DNA of 63,453 bases, the filler included, from Rozella allomycis CSF55 (Eukaryota), in assembly GCA_000442015.1 (NCBI GenBank). It is 13 parts of 13 records of this genome, joined end to end, with 100 filler letters (N's around TTAATTAATTAA, not from the genome) between each part and the next. Parts side by side here need not be neighbours in the genome. Positions count along the whole stretch, not along the records: positions 21,209 to 42,186 come from KE560597.1; positions 42,287 to 43,362 come from KE560602.1; positions 43,463 to 44,756 come from KE560605.1; positions 44,857 to 46,860 come from KE560607.1; positions 46,961 to 60,289 come from KE560608.1; 8 more parts are not named here. One strand, written 5' to 3'. Shown here piece by piece: positions 38,154 through 51,052 of the stretch (position 1 is the stretch's first letter; every line of letters begins with the position of its first letter). The translations under genes were made by a program, and so were the position numbers. Under the pieces are notes generated by a model. That model searched no databases, was not told where the DNA came from, and saw only the letters and a program-made list of their open reading frames with translations.

Positions 38154-38182
38154 TGAAATTTCTGAATTGAGAGATGAGAATT

Positions 38183-39288
38183 ATGAGACATACTTTCGCG
38201 ATCATCGTATATATCATACTATTTATTGGATTAAGTTTATTATATTACAATAAATTCAAAATTAATAAAGTAAAGACATTTATGTCAATTGATTCAAGGA
38301 TTCCGATTTAGCTCTATTGAAACTCAATGAAACCAATACAAATAGAGTAAACATTCTTTACAATTGGGAGGATTATTTTGTACCAGGGAAGAGAAGTTTG
38401 GCATTTGATATTCCATCTTCAATAGTGTTTGTTTCACAAAAGCTCTATAGAATCGCGAAACAATCAAAAAGGTCTTATTTGCTTGATGTCGATCTCAATT
38501 ACCGTTTAAATCATGAATTAAATGGAATTGGAATGATGGATCCAAATTTCTTGAAGATAAATGAAATAATGTTTATTGTAATGGGTTCCAGTAGAAACAA
38601 AGAAAGAATTCTGAACCACAAAAAATTTTGGTATAAATGGACCGACAATATATTTATTTTTGGAGATGAAAGAGACGAAGAAACTGGCATGATAACTCTA
38701 CCAGAACTGAAAGGGAAACCAACACTCGCAGATGCTCAGCATAGGCAATTGTATGGCATGAGATACATTTTAGAAAACATGCCCCATTTAGTTGAAAGAT
38801 GCAAATGGTTTGCTTTAATTGATGATGACACTTGGGTAAATATACCTGCTATTGTCCCGTATCTGGGAACGTATAACCATCTTCTTCCTGTTGCCTTCGG
38901 CTATGTCTGGGATAATTTACATGTTCCCGAAATCGCATTTCTTGGTGGCGGCGGTGGAATATTCTTGTCTAAAACTTCTTTTATACGGGTATCGCAAGCA
39001 TTGTACTCTAAAAGATGCTATTTTTGGAGTGCAAATGATCTAACTATTTCTAATTGCTTATACGAATTAGGAATTCTCAAAGTACATTCTTCTCTCTTTA
39101 ACTCGGATCCGCCAAATTCAATCTATGGCAGGCAGATATTTGATCTAGTCACTAAGCTAACATTCCATCGAATAGTGTCCCTCGAAAAGGTAATGGCGTT
39201 AACATGCGAGATGTCCTTACATTATCATTATTATCTAGACAGTTGTGTAAACTATAGATCCACCTCTTTTGTATCCCAGATATTATGA
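38183..39288 (+). CDS. Fringe-like GT31 glycosyltransferase, paralog 2
   Basis: Exon 1 signal anchor MRHTFAIIVYIILFIGLSLLYY (alt ATG 38174), intron 38270-38298 joins in frame; KWFALIDDDTWVN; GGGGGIFLS. Confidence 0.85.
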
Positions 39289-39323
39289 TATGTAAATAAA
39301 CATCTTCTTGGTTACATAATTCT

Positions 39324-40903
39324 ATGCCATCTTCTTTTATCAGTCAAAGCTCTCCGTCAGCGGACAATTCAGAAAAGCCGGGGTTGGATATTGCGAAGTT
39401 GAAATATCTTCGATATAGATGCCGAGGTAAGACATAAATTGGAAAATAAATGACATACAGCAAACCATAGAGTTTTACTTGTGTCTAGGAATGGCACTGG
39501 AATGCCAATATGAAAGTGAGTCGAAAGTTGTTCTCGGATTTGCGTTCAAAACGTCAAATCAAGAATTTAACGACATGAATACCACTATTCTTCTTGAATA
39601 CGACAAAGTAATAAATAAATGAATGGAAGATTTAATAGAGGGGTGATGCTTTCAATGTCGTAAGGCAAGATGCCACTGACATGGGGTATGGACATAAATA
39701 TTTGGTGGTTTATGTCCATTTTTTAGCAAGAATAGTGAAACGGCTAACTTCGAAAGGTACTTGGCACATATTTTTTATATCTGGATTTAACGTTGTTCAT
39801 GAAATTCGTACTAATGATGACCTATCAATAACGACATTTATAGATCCTAACGAAATTGATATCCGCTTGATTGAATGCACACCAACTCAGTTAAATGAGT
39901 TACAGGGGCAGGGCAATAAAAATTTCACCCAGGTAAACGGCCTATATGTCATTTGATATGTGGTTCGCAAGAATCGGCTACTGCGTGATATCAGTACCTG
40001 GATCTAATCCTCTCATTCAATTTTATGAAAAGACGTTTTCTTCATCCAAGAGTGGGAAAAAACATGACCGAGGCGGTTCAAACACCAATCATTATGATTT
40101 TAACAACAAACGCCAAGAAGGGAAAGATTCTCTAATTGTAACGAACACATTATTTTGTGGATAGCGAAATGGCTTTCACGTCACTGATTCTGAAACCCTT
40201 TTAAGCGGAATGTCTTATACACTATTTACCTGGCTGGGATGTGATAGTAGGGAAAAGGCATCTTCGATATGTTATGTTGAGAGAATCGCCGCATCATCAG
40301 CAACCAAAAAGTTAAACTGGGCATCCTTTAAAGACCCTGTTTTAATAGGATTCGGTAATGAATAAACGAAAAGTACATCATTGGTAGGCTTCACACTTCC
40401 CATTTTGGATGTTGGGATTCAAATTCTAAAAACCGTGCACCCCGAAATAAAATTTGAGGGAGAAAAACTTCCAGTTGGAGGTAAAGTTGTTGGGAATATA
40501 CAATATAGAACTTGGGATATATTCATTCATTAGAGATCCCATGAACTACGAATTGGGGTTCTATTCTCCATTTGATACTGTTTCATTGTCAGTATCCACT
40601 GAGGAAAAGCGAAGACAGTCGATTATGTCAAATAAGATTATTTCTCCTTTTTTGATAAACGGTGAAAACTCAATTGATGCAGAGAATTTAGAAGGAGAAG
40701 GCTCTGCAGAGTCAGTTAAAGATAATTTGCCCAAGGAGAATCAATTAAATACCGAAGTACAGAATAAAGAGGCGCTGAAGCTCCCAGAAATATTAAATCA
40801 ACCTGTAACCAAAGTCAAGGCATTTAATCGCGCGTACAATAGTGACACAAATATAAATCATCAAAGCGTGGCAGACACTTTAAAAAGAGCGAAATCAGAA
40901 TAA
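39324..40903 (+). CDS. Hypothetical multi-exon protein(s)
   Basis: Series of + strand open segments separated by short GT..AG gaps; structure and product unresolved. Confidence 0.3.
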
Positions 40904-40913
40904 ATATTCTATT

Positions 40914-41247
40914 TTATGCTGTTTGGGTTTGCATTTGTTCAGCCATAATTTTCTGTTGCTCTTCCGCAAAATTTTGAACGACAAGACTAATTTTGTTAAC
41001 AGCTTCAAAGTATTTGCTCACGCACCTATCTGTGCATACAGACTCGCCTTTTGTCAATTCTTCTTCCGCTGGATGCTTAGAATTGACACATTTTAAGTGG
41101 CATTCTTTAAATACTCTCAAGTTCTTATCGAAAATGATATTACCTATCAAAAACAGCTTGAGCTGCAGTTATTTGCTGATGCACTTCGTTTATTGCTTTC
41201 TTTTGGGCTTCAGAGGGGCCATTATTTGAGCTGCTACCCCAAAACAT
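40914..41247 (-). CDS. TIM10: Mitochondrial small Tim chaperone Tim10
   Basis: Twin CX3C: CHLKC...ELTKGESVCTDRCVSKY; exon 1 MFWGSSSNNG, one short intron. Confidence 0.85.
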
Positions 41248-41350
41248 TTTGCAATTGTGGCAAAGCCTGTTTAGGGAACAGGGAAGATAAATGCGAAACT
41301 AAACCGTATAGTAAGCATGCATGAAAAGAGATTTATTCTATATGTCCAAT

Positions 41351-41789
41351 TTATTTATGATTCTTCTTGGACTTATTTTTTCTTCCAATTTGATGCTTTG
41401 GAACAATCGGTTCTTTGCGTTTCATTTTTTCCAAAATATAATCATATGAAAATCCGTGAGTTTTTAAATCATTCCAAGTTTCATCTTTGTCTGCTAGAGC
41501 CTGACACGCATACATTTGAAGGAATCCCTTGAGTGTCAAAAATCCTTGTTCATTTTTCTCAACGAGCTCTAGAATCTTCTTTAAACTCTCTTCTTCAAAC
41601 TATTATACATTTATAAATCGGTGATACCTGTTCGCCATTAGTAGCGAGAGCAAAAGCATCTAATTCGGATTTATTTAAGCAACCATCTTGATCCAAGTCA
41701 TATTTTTTGAAAATTGAAGTAAAAATTTTCTCAAACAAAGGCGATAGTTGATTTTTTGGAGTGAGAAAAGGTGGAATTAGTTCAGCCAT
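41351..41789 (-). CDS. Small EF-hand protein
   Basis: IFKKYDLDQDGCLNKSEL; second exon GFLTLKGFLQMY...ETWNDLKTHGF. Confidence 0.75.
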
Positions 41790-42286
41790 ATCGGAATTTT
41801 CGTTGATCTATTTTTATATACAGTGCCTGATAAATCAACAAAGTCAACAAAGAGTAAGCGAAATATAAATAATAAAAGAACCCTATCACTTATCGGGTGA
41901 CTGAATCAACAGTTGCCAAACCCACTACACCAAAAACTAACGAAAGTTTGAGATTAATACAAACGTGATACTTCTTTATCGTGCGGCTGATATTGCACAT
42001 AACGTATTAATCTTTCGCCTTTTACTAAAGATTACCGTGTGTAGTGTTACTAAGGCCGCTTAGTAAAATTTGTGGAGCCCTTTAAGGGATTCTTTTAGTT
42101 TCTTAAATTTGCAACTTTCCTTTTTTGGCAGAATTCATCTCAAAAGCAACAAGTCTCGCAGTGCTCGTTAAATCGGACGGGGAGTTNNNNNNNNNNNNNN
42201 NNNNNNNNNNNNNNNNNNNNNNNNNNNNNNTTAATTAATTAANNNNNNNNNNNNNNNNNNNNNNNNNNNNNNNNNNNNNNNNNNNN

Positions 42287-43362
42287 AATTTATTTTTTAC
42301 TGATCTCTTAATGTGCCAATGACATGGTAAGGTCTTTGTGGAATGAAGAAGATTTCCTCCCTTTTCGGAGTTTGTAAATTTCCCACTTTGTATTGAAACA
42401 TAAAGCATTACAGAATAATGGCCAAACAGACGCCAAAACACGCATAATTGATGTTTTTCCGGTTCCATTTGCACCAGAAATTAGTAAATGATCACCAGGT
42501 TCAATGCTGATATTTAATCTCTTCACTAGTAGCTCCCCTGATGGAGTAACAATTGGAACTTCAGAAAACTCAATCCTATCTGATTCAGAAACATGCCCAA
42601 GTATTTTATTCAATGAATAATCTCTTGACACCATAACCTTTGAATATTTATTTCTTTTCATGTCACTAAATACTTCAATTAAATTATAGACCCTAGTAGT
42701 ATATCCTGTTAATTCAGCCAATTCTTTGTAAGCGTAGAGAACCCTACCACCTGCATCGGCTAAATTTAACATCAATCTTTATTAAATATTAATCAAGGTT
42801 TTACCTTTTGTTGGTGATGAATCCTTTTGTTAAAGATCTTTCATCTCCATTTTCAATCTTAATTCCAGATATTTCAGGCAGAAAAGCTGGAAGGGCACAT
42901 CCCAAATAGCCAATGGCACTCCACAAATACTTTATTATAATGTCCTCAACCATATTGTAATTTATTTTCTTGCGATAGACGCTATTCACATGACTAATAA
43001 GTTTTTGATATGAAGTGTCCACGATTGATTTTTCTAGCTTATTTCCCTTGTAAAAGGCAATCTCTTCTGCATTTGTAATTATTCTGGAATGGGCGTATCT
43101 GAATTGACCCTGTTGTATTATTTAAATCTCTTTACTTCCAATTTAGCTTCCCTGGCTGCTAATCGACCAAAGTTTGGGCTTATGAATCTTAGCACAATAG
43201 ATGATCCCACGTAATTAGCCAACAGCCCAACTAGGCCTGGAATTCCAATAGATTTTGATAACTGATAATTAAAGATTAAAAGATCAAGTATAGGTTTAGT
43301 CAAACTAGAATAAAGTGATGCTAAAGAGTTGCAGAACTTTTCAAAGTCTGTAGTCAACAATC
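42287..43362 (-). CDS. PXA1: Peroxisomal ABCD transporter, internal fragment
   Basis: LYSSLTKPILD, HSRIITNAEEIAFY, LADAGGR..YKELAELTGYT, Walker A GANGTGKTS; truncated by gaps at both ends. Confidence 0.9.
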
Positions 43363-43805
43363 NNNNNNNNNNNNNNNNNNNNNNNNNNNNNNNNNNNNNN
43401 NNNNNNTTAATTAATTAANNNNNNNNNNNNNNNNNNNNNNNNNNNNNNNNNNNNNNNNNNNNAGATTGAAAAGAATAGAAAGATTGTAAAGTATATTTCT
43501 AACAATTTGTTAGAAATATACTTTACAATAACAATGGGGAACTCTTCTGTCTTCTTCCAGCTTCTTTTCTTCTTTGTTGACATAAATAAAAAAATTTTTA
43601 TTTTATCTACTTTATTAGCGTTTTAGAGCCATAAGAATCGCTTGTTACACTTACTTTTGAGTCCCATAGTGTGGCAAATCTTAAAAAGTATACAACAGAT
43701 TAAAAAATTATATTAATGAAATGATAAAAGAGATTCGGGATTCGCAGGAGGAAACTGGACAACGGTAAGTGAAGGTCAGAACGATAGATTTAATTTTAGA
43801 CGAAA

Positions 43806-44756
43806 TCACAATGTCCATGGCTGCATGGCATCTTCAANTTCTTGATATTCATTGAAATTCGGATTATTGTTGGAAAAGGTTGGGGCGATAAAAGTGTCCT
43901 TTTCAAATCCAGCCTTTTTAATAAATTTATCAGCAAAATGTTTTGGTGCNTGATTTTTTCCCATCCTCCGTGACTTGCATGTTATTAATGTGAGAGAATA
44001 CACTATCCTTAAACTCGTAATCTTTAACAAAAAATACACTGTTTTTCATTTCTTCACTTAATTTTTTGATTTCCTCTGTTCTTTTTTTGNAGCATGCTAT
44101 TAATGTGAGAGAGTATATTATTCTTAAACTCGTAATCTTTAACAAATAATACAGTGCTTTTCATTTCTTCACTTAATTTTTTGATTTCCTCTGTTCTNAA
44201 TTAGCTTGTGTAACTCAACAGCATGTTATTAATGTGAGAGAATACACTGTCCTTAAACTCGTAATCTTTAACAAATAATACAGTGTTTTTCATTTCTTCA
44301 CTTAATTTTTTGATTTCCTCTGTTCTTTTTTTGATTTCCTCCGTTCTATTTTTGATGGTAGCAATTTGATCTTGATATTCATTGAAATTTGGATTATTGT
44401 TGGAAAAGGTTGGGGCGATAAAAGTGTCATTTTCAAATCCAGCCTTTTTAATAAATTTATCAGCAAAATGTTTGGGTGCCTTATTAAATTCACTTTGCAT
44501 CGATACCAATGCTTTAGTGCGGCCTTCTCGAACTTTTATGGGAAAAATGATGTTTTCGCCGATTGTACCAGGTTTTTTAAATGTAAAGATATCACGTAAG
44601 ACAGTTATTGGTAAACTCAAAAGAGTTAAAATTTTCTCAACGTCATTCTCTATCTTATAACGATTCAAAACACCTCCTGACATTTGTGAAACATTGACCG
44701 CTGTAATTTTCTCCGACTGATTCTTAAATAATTCTTTTTCCTTAAAATATTCTTCT
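43806..44756 (-). other. Multicopy uncharacterised ORF present as several N-joined variant fragments
   Basis: PKHFADKFIKKAGFE and KKRTEEIKKLSEEMKN..VKDYEFKDSVFSHINNM each occur 2-3 times with substitutions. Confidence 0.5.
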
Positions 44757-44856
44757 NNNNNNNNNNNNNNNNNNNNNNNNNNNNNNNNNNNNNNNNNNNN
44801 TTAATTAATTAANNNNNNNNNNNNNNNNNNNNNNNNNNNNNNNNNNNNNNNNNNNN

Positions 44857-45818
44857 CTTGAACCTTAGCATCTAAATCTTCGTTCTTAGCCACAATAAGC
44901 TTTATAACTTTTCTATAGCTTTGTGTTTTCTTGGCTAATTCGTTTTCATTTGTCAAGGCAACCTCCAATTGTTGTTTCATCGATCTATGCTGGTCAATCA
45001 AAGTTTTATTCTCAGAAATCAAATCAACTATTTTATTTGACAGTTTTTCTAATTGAGAATTCACCGCGATATTTTCTTGAATTGTCCTTTTCGTTGTCTT
45101 TTATTGCAAAGCACAAAGTATATTACTTCCGCCATTTGCTGGTCAGAGAGATCTCTAAAACTTGCAACAACTTGGTTAATTTTCGTGAGCATCTCTTTTC
45201 TCAACATTGTCTAATTAAGAAAAACGAATAGCTTTACTTTGTCTTGGATAGCCTTCTTTTCTAGATCATGTACCATTTCTTTATAATCTCTTTCCTTTTC
45301 CGATAATTGATTCTCCAATTCAACAATTTTCTGCTCTACTTGAGCCTGAAATATCAAAACTAGTTCCACATACCTTTTTGACTTTGAAATCCATTAATTG
45401 GTCAAGCTCCAACTTGTATTTCGCGCACTGACTTGAAAAAAGAGCTGCTTCATTCTTGATGCCAAATAGATCCCTTTCTTTTTCAGAAATTGAAGTTAAT
45501 TGAACACTTAATTTAATTTGAATACAACAAAAAGGATATTTATCTGCTGTCTAAAATTTTCTCTTTCTTCTTCCAAGCCTTTGATATAGGATATTGATTC
45601 CGATAACTTCTTCTCATTGTTCATAAGCTGAAGCCTCAAAAATTCAATGACATCTTCCTTGTCTTTTATAATATTATACATATTCTCAACTGAATGCTTA
45701 GATTCTTCCACATTGACATGATATCTTTGTTTCCTTTACTCCACATAATCAATTGTTACCAATACTCAATTTTTTCATTCAAATCTTTTATTTTTAACTC
45801 GTACAACTCTGGAGTCAT
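44857..45818 (-). CDS. Coiled-coil protein, multi-exon, 3' partial
   Basis: MTPELYELKIKDLNEKIEY start; E/K/L-rich heptad exons; runs into gap. Confidence 0.55.
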
Positions 45819-46013
45819 TTTATTTTCATTAGAAACAGCTGCAGCAGCTATGACAATTTCCCAACAAATTGTTTACGTGCCGCACTTGATGCTTTTCCTT
45901 TCTTCTTGGAGGACATTTTATATTTGATGTCAAGGAGACGCGAAATTCTTAAATTTTAGAGTCAGAATAAAATTGAAATTATTAATAGTCACAGTTAACC
46001 CTTGTTTGAATTA

Positions 46014-46860
46014 ATGAGCGACCCAACGAAAGATGAGATAGTAGAATTTTTTAAGAAAACAATGTCTCAAAAAGAAAACAGGGTAATATATAGATTAATA
46101 TTGAAACAAAGACTTGTTTTGATTGTAGCGCAAAGCATCCCACTTGGTCGTCAGTAACGTTTGGAATATATTTATGCCTGGACTGTTCAGCAATACATAG
46201 AAATATGGGTGTGCATATTTCCTTTGTTCGGTAACGTTTAGTTTGTACGACAAAGTTAAAGATCTACTCAATTGGATTCTTGGAGTTGGGAACAATTGCG
46301 AATCATGAAAGTGGGTGGAAATGGAAACGCGAGAGAATATTTTTCAAAATTTTCAACCGGAAATAGTGATCCTAAAAGTCGCTATTCAAGTAAAATGGCA
46401 TTGCAATATAAGGAACGATTGAGTGAACTTGCCAAAGAAGATGCTAGATCGTAAAAATGATAATATTTTTGTAAAAGATATCCTAGTCATGTTGTTCTTA
46501 ATGCATCTCATGAAAATGAAAACACTAAAAAAGGCGAATCTGATGACTTTTTTGAAACAAACTCAACTGAAATTTCCAGATCAGGATCTAAAATAGGTTT
46601 GAATACAATGACTAATCAAGAAAACAAGGAATCAGAAAAGTTTTCCTTGCCATTATCAGGGACACCAAAGACGCAGACTCGTAAACCGAAAGCATCTAGA
46701 TTGGGCGTCAAGAAGGCAACAGCGGGATTATCATTCGATGAATTGGAAGCGAAAGCTAAAGAAGAAGAGGAACTGAAAAAGCAAAAAGAAATGGAAGCTA
46801 TTTTAGAGGCACAAAGACTTAACGAACAAAAGATTGCAGAAGCAGCAAAGGAAAGGCAAA
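46014..46860 (+). CDS. GLO3: ArfGAP2/3 (Glo3)-type GTPase-activating protein, 3' partial
   Basis: [63 protein letters not shown] motif. Confidence 0.9.
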
Positions 46861-47030
46861 NNNNNNNNNNNNNNNNNNNNNNNNNNNNNNNNNNNNNNNN
46901 NNNNTTAATTAATTAANNNNNNNNNNNNNNNNNNNNNNNNNNNNNNNNNNNNNNNNNNNNAACTTAATAAAACTTAATAAAACTTAATTAAATATAAAAA
47001 ATTTTCATTCATAAAAACTTAATTGATACA

Positions 47031-50000
47031 TTAATTCAAAGATCTTTTGGGATCGTTCATTCGAATAATTCTGACATTTTTAGACTGAGGAATAGTGCTA
47101 ATTGAGATTGAGAGAGTGAATTACCTAAAGTCTTGAGGGGAGATGAGAACGTATTGAACTTTGTGGAGGGAGCAGTAATCAATTAGAAAAGAGATGCTCT
47201 GTCTTCTGTTTACAGCGTCCTATCAGTGTGAATTTAAAGTATTACCATGAAGACGTCGAATTCGTCTAAACATCTGAGAGGCGATGACATTGTTCCCCAT
47301 AGAGAGAGTAAGAGACAAACTGTTGAGAATGATTTTTCGCCGCCTGAAAGAGATCGAACACCTAAATGAAAAAGAATGTTTAAAGAATACCTAAATGAAA
47401 AAGAATGTTTAAATGGTACCTATATTAACAAATATACTCTAAAGATACCTATATTAACAAAACTTCTAAAGAATACCTATATTAACAAAACCAATAAAGA
47501 TTACCTTTTCGTTTGTTCCCAGATTGATTATTCTTTTCTTGTTCACTAACATAAACTTGAATCTGCATTTTGCCAACCTTGTCATCAATAGGATGAACAA
47601 ACTTAATATTTCCTTTAAAAGAATACTAGTTAAACATTACCATAATAGCCTCTTTCAGCCATGTGTTGATGAAAGCTTTGCCTAGCCATTAAAGCCATTG
47701 AAGTTCTCATCTTGTGCCATTTAGAGTCTCTTTCTTTAATACTTTTATCTAGATAGTTGATTTTGTTTATTGTTGAATCTAAAACTTTAACAGCATCAGA
47801 ATATTTGGATTGAAGATTTCTTAATTTTTCTGTGATTTCTTCAATTGAAATTTTGTGTTCTTTTTGTAATTGATGAACCCTTGCTTCTAATCTAACAATT
47901 TCATCTTCAATTGCATTTGATGGTTTTCCAACAAATCTCTCTTCACAAACAGACAATGCTTTTTCTTTCATGTCTGCAGATTCTAATTTTAATTCTTTTA
48001 ATTGATTTTTGATTGATTCATTTAAAGTTTTATTTTTTAGAAATTGAAGATTGAAATTTTCTTTTTCTCTTTGAAATTTAGTAATTTTCTCAATTAAGAT
48101 TTGTCTCTTTTCTAGAATTGATTTTCTGTTTAATTCTTTCAATTTAATTTCCTTTTCAATGTTTTTTAATTCTAAATTTATTTCATTGTAATCTTTTTTC
48201 TTTTCTCCAATTTCTAACATTGTTGCTCTTCGTTGTTGTTCCATCAACTTTAATGATTCATTCAAGTTCTAATAGATAAAATATAATTAATCTACTTGCA
48301 AATTTTCTTTCATTGATAATAATTTAGAATTATCTTCAACAGAATTCAAAATATTTTCAATTTTTTCTAAAAATCTATTTCTGAAATTTCATAAATTACC
48401 TAGATTATTTTCAAGTTTATTTAATTCATCTTGCAAAGATTTTACATTTGATTTTAATTGATTTTTATTATTTCTTAAATTTTCTAAATCTTTTTTAATT
48501 GAAAATAAATCTCTTGAACAAACTTTTTCTTTTTCTATTTCAGAGTTCAACTTTTGTTTCTTTTGATTTAAAATTGAATCAAAATTTTTAGTGATTGGAA
48601 TAATTCTATTTGGTTTCAACAATGGAACTGTTAAATCAGCTTCAATTCTCAATAAATTATCTTTGGAAACTGAAAAATCAATAAATTTAATCCCTTGTCT
48701 CATCAACGTTGCTGCTTCTTTTCTTGTTTGGAACATTCCAATTCTTTCTATTTTACTATTCAACTTTAACGCCGATTCTACAATCTCATTCGTTATTTTC
48801 AAATTTCTTTTTATTGTTTTAACTTGTGATGATGGTTCATATCTACTTGTATCCAACAAATCATTAAATTTCATAACAATCACACTCGCTTGATAATTAC
48901 ATCTCTCAAATATCTTCATCAATTCCATCTTATCATAATGATTATCAACTGCAAAATTTCTCATCTCTCTTCCAATCACACACTGGATCACATCATTCCA
49001 CTCTTCATCTATAATCTCAACAAACGCTCCAAACGGTCCAACTGGCTTCTTATTAAACTTTCTTCCTTCTATCATACTCAACACCTGCTGACATTCCCTT
49101 CCAAACCTAGCCATTCTATTTTTAGAACTCTCACTCAAATCTTCAACATCTCTCTTCAATGCACTAATCTGATCTCTAATTTCCCTCGTCATTCTCTCTG
49201 CATTCCTCTCTTCTCTCTCCTTTTCTTCCACTCTCGTTTCAACCTCAAACAACTCTTGCTTCTTACTCGCAATCTCCTTCTTCACCATCTCTATCCTCTC
49301 ACTAACCATCTTCTTTTCTTCATTCGCCTTGTTCTTCACACTCAAATTGTTTTTAGATTCCTCTGCTGCAATTGATTGCTCAATATTCTCAACTCTCTCT
49401 TTATAATCTTTAATCTTCATATCACACTCCTTTACATTCTCAATCATCCCCTTGATTTCAATTCCAATCTCTCGCTTTCTACCCTCCACTTGGCTCTTCT
49501 TCTCCTGCATCGGCTCAATAACCCCAACACTCTCTTCATTCTCTTCTTCTATCCCCTTCATCTCCTCCTCAATCTCTTTAATTCTCTCTTCACACTTATC
49601 CACCCTGCTTCTACTCAAAATCATCTCCTCCTCCTGCTTAATCATCTCAGCCTCCAGTCTCTCCATCTCCTTCACCTTCTCTTCATACATCGCCCATATC
49701 AAATCATCCTTCTTCCTCTCCAACTGCTCATTAAAATCATAAATCTCCTGCATCTGCTCATACTGCCGCTTCGTACTCTCATACTCTTTCTTCAACGCCT
49801 CAAAATTCTTCTCCTTCAACTTTATCTGTCCCTGCATCTGTGCCATCTTGCCCTTTAGAAAATCTATCCCCTCCTTCCACGTCTGCAGATTAGACGCCTT
49901 TAGAAAAAACTTTCATCCATTACATTCCCTCTTACCTCGTACTTTTTTTCTTCAGATGAATCCTGCAAAAACTGTTTCGCCGTTTCCTGGTTCAACACCA

Positions 50001-50756
50001 CCAACGGGTTATCAACCACCAAGCCAAAATAGTTGCAAATTCCATTCACTTCATTCTTCCCCGTAGAAACAACATTCCCTTTCAAAACCAATCTCTTATC
50101 TTACCATTCGAATTCCGCGTCTTGAACACAGTCCCACCATCCCTACTAATCCTTCTCTCCACACAAATCTCATCTCCATACTCATCCCTCTTATACCCAT
50201 CCTCCCCTCCATTATGCAGCCATATCCTACCCAATCCACCACACACCCTTACCTCACAACAGCACTTACACATCCATCCTTTATAAAATCAACAACCTTC
50301 TTCGCCCTCTGCGTCCCAGCAGCCCTCCCGCCCAAACACACAGTTATCGCAGTAAGCACAGCACTCTTGCCACTCCCATTGTTCCCACATATAAAATTAA
50401 TCCCGGATATAAAATCAGCCTTGAAATTCGAATGACACATGAAATTCTCCATCTCTATACTCTTCAACCGCCCACTCATATCGTCCTTGACCATCTCAAT
50501 TACAGCAATTCGAATAGCTTACCTTGCGCGTGGATTGCTGCTGGATCTCAGATTCTATGTCGATGCGGAAAAGATCGTTTATGTCGGCAACGTCAAATTC
50601 TTTGTCAGCGACGGCTACGCTTTTCGGCATTTGCGAATCGTCTGGAACTGATTCAGTGTCCGAATGCGCACGCTTCTTTTGGCTTGATATCGTTGCGCGA
50701 CGCCGCTTTGATGGGCCTGCTTCGAGGGATTCTTCTTCTAAACGCTTTTTAGGCAT
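47031..50756 (-). CDS. SMC6: Structural maintenance of chromosomes protein 6, multi-exon
   Basis: [23 protein letters not shown] hinge, [22 protein letters not shown]. Confidence 0.95.
47362..47504 (-). repeat. Five tandem 28-29 nt units, each GTA...TAG, forming one SMC6 intron region
   Basis: Units 47477-47504, 47449-47476, 47420-47448, 47391-47419, 47362-47390. Confidence 0.9.
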
Positions 50757-51052
50757 TTAGGATATTTACAGAATGGAGATTTTAGGCGGCAATAATGTTA
50801 TGAAATGAAGAATGGAAAGAATTTTAATAAATTAATACTTTTCAAATTTTAGTATAGAAACAATCATAAAGCCAAGGTATCTTGTTTGGATTTGTAAAGT
50901 TGTAAACACTAATAATTATTTCTACTTAAATAAATAGACGAAGGAAATTTGAACATTTATTGGCATTTGAATATACCATTATAACTATTAAAGTCAGCAT
51001 ATTCTTTTAGTAATCACAACAATTCAACTTCCTGAAATTTCAAAATCACGTC

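Noticed and set aside
47362..47504. CRISPR-like reading of the 28-29 nt repeats
   Set aside because: No unique spacers, no cas genes, eukaryotic intron context.
48591..49858. Long antisense ORFs over SMC6 (and INO80, ADH, Ca-ATPase)
   Set aside because: Shadow frames produced by skewed composition; no motifs.
33083..50756. Rad60-like gene and SMC6 as a functional gene cluster
   Set aside because: About 13 kb apart, across four gaps, with many unrelated genes between.
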